Shown here one piece after another: positions 49,468 to 50,246 of a stretch of DNA of 50,246 bases. Source of the stretch: Octopus bimaculoides. Lineage: Eukaryota. Under the pieces are notes generated by a model, which saw nothing but the letters and a program-made list of their open reading frames with translations, was not told where the DNA came from and ran no database searches. Both the position numbers and the translations under genes were made by a program. The stretch's first letter is position 1; each line of letters begins with the position of its first letter. The stretch is from positions 45,496,708-45,546,953 of the forward strand of contig NC_068993.1 in NCBI RefSeq assembly GCF_001194135.2, read 5' to 3'.

Positions 49468-50246
49468 AATTTAAGAATTCAAAAAATGCTGAAATATACC
49501 TTGTGTCTTCACGGGACGCCCCTGAGACGATATTACGTCTTCCACCAATATTCACCGCATTACAAACATAAGAAATATTATGTCAGAAATAATGCCTCAA
49601 AGTCTGGTCTATCACCGATGTGTAATTATTAAGTATGATACATAAGTGGCTATTGTAAGTTCTATAATTGTTGCAGAATTGTATTGAAAATTTTAGTAGC
49701 CAGAATGGTCCAGTTGCTTCCCACGCCATCTGCAAGGGGGACACACTAGGCTGTAGCTGATTATGCGTACGGAAGCATTGACGTTGGGATACATGTAGAA
49801 ATTCTATGAAACAAGAGCGGTCGCTGTTTGTGTGACAAGTTTGTCAATAGCTTCGTTATCGTATCGATTATGTTATAATCCTTTCTTTACATGTGCGTGT
49901 GTGTAGTGTGTGTATGTGTTTGGGCATGTGGGTGTGCCCGTAGCTCTTTTAAATTGACATTAGCGGACGCGGTCAAATATATACAAATACATGAGAGTAA
50001 GTGATGACTGTATTTGAGAGTGCATTTGTGCAAGTGTAGAGATTATATATATATATATATATATATATTAGAACGTTTGGAGGTGATGTAGAGGAATTAT
50101 ATATTAGAAAAAATAATAAGGTACTCACATATCTGGATGATTGTATATTTACAGATTTTTATTAATATGTCACATGTTTTTATAAATTAGCGCTTGCATC
50201 TCTTCTTGTAGATTCTCCATATATATATATATATATATATATATAT

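Overview
This is eukaryotic, AT-rich, microsatellite-saturated draft-genome sequence with 10 N-gaps, nearly all flanked by (TA)n. The SINE families and repeat style suggest an octopus or other coleoid cephalopod; that is an inference from recalled repeat consensus sequences, not a database search. I found no intact protein-coding gene, rRNA, bona fide tRNA or CRISPR array, and almost all entries in the ORF track are microsatellite or N-gap artefacts. The window is mostly decayed mobile DNA. A non-autonomous Helitron has both termini, a broken PIF1 helicase and an internal tandem array (33975-36745), and a second Helitron 3' end lies at ~23050-23428. Also present are three R4/Dong-type REL-LINE fragments, a cecropia-type mariner fragment abutting a DINE-1/HINE-like element, a mariner-type MITE, a 166-bp solo LTR with a 5-bp TSD, BEL/Pao and Penelope relics, a decayed two-CCCH-finger ORF, and many tRNA-derived SINEs. 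The best non-TE leads are an RFX X-box/CCAAT/ATG promoter candidate (46128-46390), a minus-strand TATA plus first-exon candidate (30768-31144), and a splice-bounded non-coding exon candidate carrying a pre-miRNA-like hairpin (33458-33625). I cannot support a claim of a new biological system; these leads are hypotheses to test.
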